From a virus (taxonomy: Duplodnaviria; Caudoviricetes), in IMG/VR virus record IMGVR_UViG_3300039239_000004, positions 1-46,490 of that record: DNA of 46,490 bases. One strand, 5' to 3'. Each line of letters begins with the position of its first letter. Position 1 is the first letter of the stretch. The notes beneath the pieces are model-generated. The model was not told the DNA's origin and ran no database searches. It worked only from the letters and a program-made list of their open reading frames with translations. This document shows positions 45,639 to 46,490 of this stretch, piece by piece. A program made the position numbers and the translations under genes.

Positions 45639-46169
45639 TTATTCCAGGTTCAGGCCCAGGCTCTGCTGCTTGTCGACGGCGGGCGTGACGCTGATGTCCA
45701 CCTCGCCGCCCAGGACTTCGTACAGGCGCTTGATCTGCTCGCCGGTGGGGTTGCACTTGACGCGAAAGCCGTAGCGCGCGCTGCCGCCTTCCATCAGCTC
45801 GACCGAGAAATGGTCGACGTCAGCGGTTTCGAAATCGATGTTCGATTGAGGGCCGCCCAGGCCGAAGCCGATGACGACCTGCGCGCCCTTCAGTTCGTGC
45901 TTCAGGCGCAGCGCGCCGATCAGGTCGCCAAACTTGCGCACCGTCAGCGCGTCGGCCGGGCTGCCCTGGAAGATCTCTTCCTGATCCGGCGGCGTCTCTT
46001 CGCGGCGATACAGGGCGTCGCGCAGCACCGGGTGGAACATGGCCAGGTGGCCGTTGCTTTCGGTGTAGGCGATCTTCAGGTCCGCGCCGCCGACCTTCTC
46101 GTCGCCGTGGTTCTCGGGGCGCACGTTCAGATGCGCAAGGGTGACTTTCTGGCTTTCAAGGCTGAACAT
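45639..46169 (-). CDS. hypothetical protein
   Basis: 176 aa; AAGGAG SD; strong codon bias. Confidence 0.75.
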   Translation of the reverse strand: MFSLESQKVTLAHLNVRPENHGDEKVGGADLKIAYTESNGHLAMFHPVLRDALYRREETPPDQEEIFQGSPADALTVRKFGDLIGALRLKHELKGAQVVIGFGLGGPQSNIDFETADVDHFSVELMEGGSARYGFRVKCNPTGEQIKRLYEVLGGEVDISVTPAVDKQQSLGLNLE

Positions 46170-46258
46170 TGGTCAGTCTCCTTGGTAATGCGTTGTGGGA
46201 AATAGGGCGGGCGGCGCCGGGATGCCTCCGTTGTGGTGGCGCCGCCCAGGGAGAACGG

Positions 46259-46490
46259 TTAGGCGGCCTTGCGGCGCAGGTGCTGTTCGTAGCCGTCGAC
46301 GAGGCCCTTGAACTCCATGAGGTCGTCCACGAGCTTTTCGATGTAGTCGTCGTCGCGCTTGAACTCTTGCCACCAGAGCTGCCGGCCAACAGGCGCCAGC
46401 GCGGGGCAGTACAGGCCGATGTGCCACCACTTGCGCCCGGTGATCCACATGCAGCCCTGCGCCTGGTCCATGACCTCGCTGGGGTCGTTG
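46259..46490 (-). CDS. YqaJ/lambda-exonuclease family protein, C-terminal part (runs off the window)
   Basis: MDQAQGCMWITGRKWWHIGLYCP...RDDDYIEKL motif. Confidence 0.8.
   Translation of the reverse strand, partial: NDPSEVMDQAQGCMWITGRKWWHIGLYCPALAPVGRQLWWQEFKRDDDYIEKLVDDLMEFKGLVDGYEQHLRRKAA

Overview
The window holds almost a whole GC-rich temperate phage genome with a lambdoid early region and a contractile (myovirus) tail. A betaproteobacterial host such as Achromobacter or Bordetella is my inference, not a search result. From left to right it contains: (1) a leftward early operon (3'-5' exonuclease, SSB, ERF, HNH, small ORFs) driven by a PL-like promoter with two operators and a boxA; (2) immunity-region accessory genes (a lipoprotein and a P63C-domain protein); (3) cI, OR, cro and cII; (4) NinB, an O-like initiator with iterons, DnaB, RusA and a Q-like gene; (5) GrlR-like and other morons; (6) terminase, head, neck, tail and baseplate genes; (7) holin, endolysin and spanins; (8) a secreted D-glucuronyl C5-epimerase-like moron and a LexA-box/SRAP cassette; (9) an att core equal to the 3' half of a tRNA(CAT), followed by int, xis and a second leftward early operon whose YqaJ exonuclease is truncated at the window edge. 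The most unusual part is the PL leader (about 3350-5660), which the ORF track largely misses. It is an array of long RNA stems, repeated hairpin+RBS cassettes, a tRNA-like cloverleaf with a large insert, and two tandem paralogous arginine-rich peptides of 52-53 aa. Other notable points are the epimerase moron, an apparent ATC start (or amber read-through) for the tape measure gene, a -1 frameshift in the tail chaperone, and a baseplate wedge protein fused to a putative sugar-binding domain. All family assignments come from recognising motifs by eye; no searches were run.
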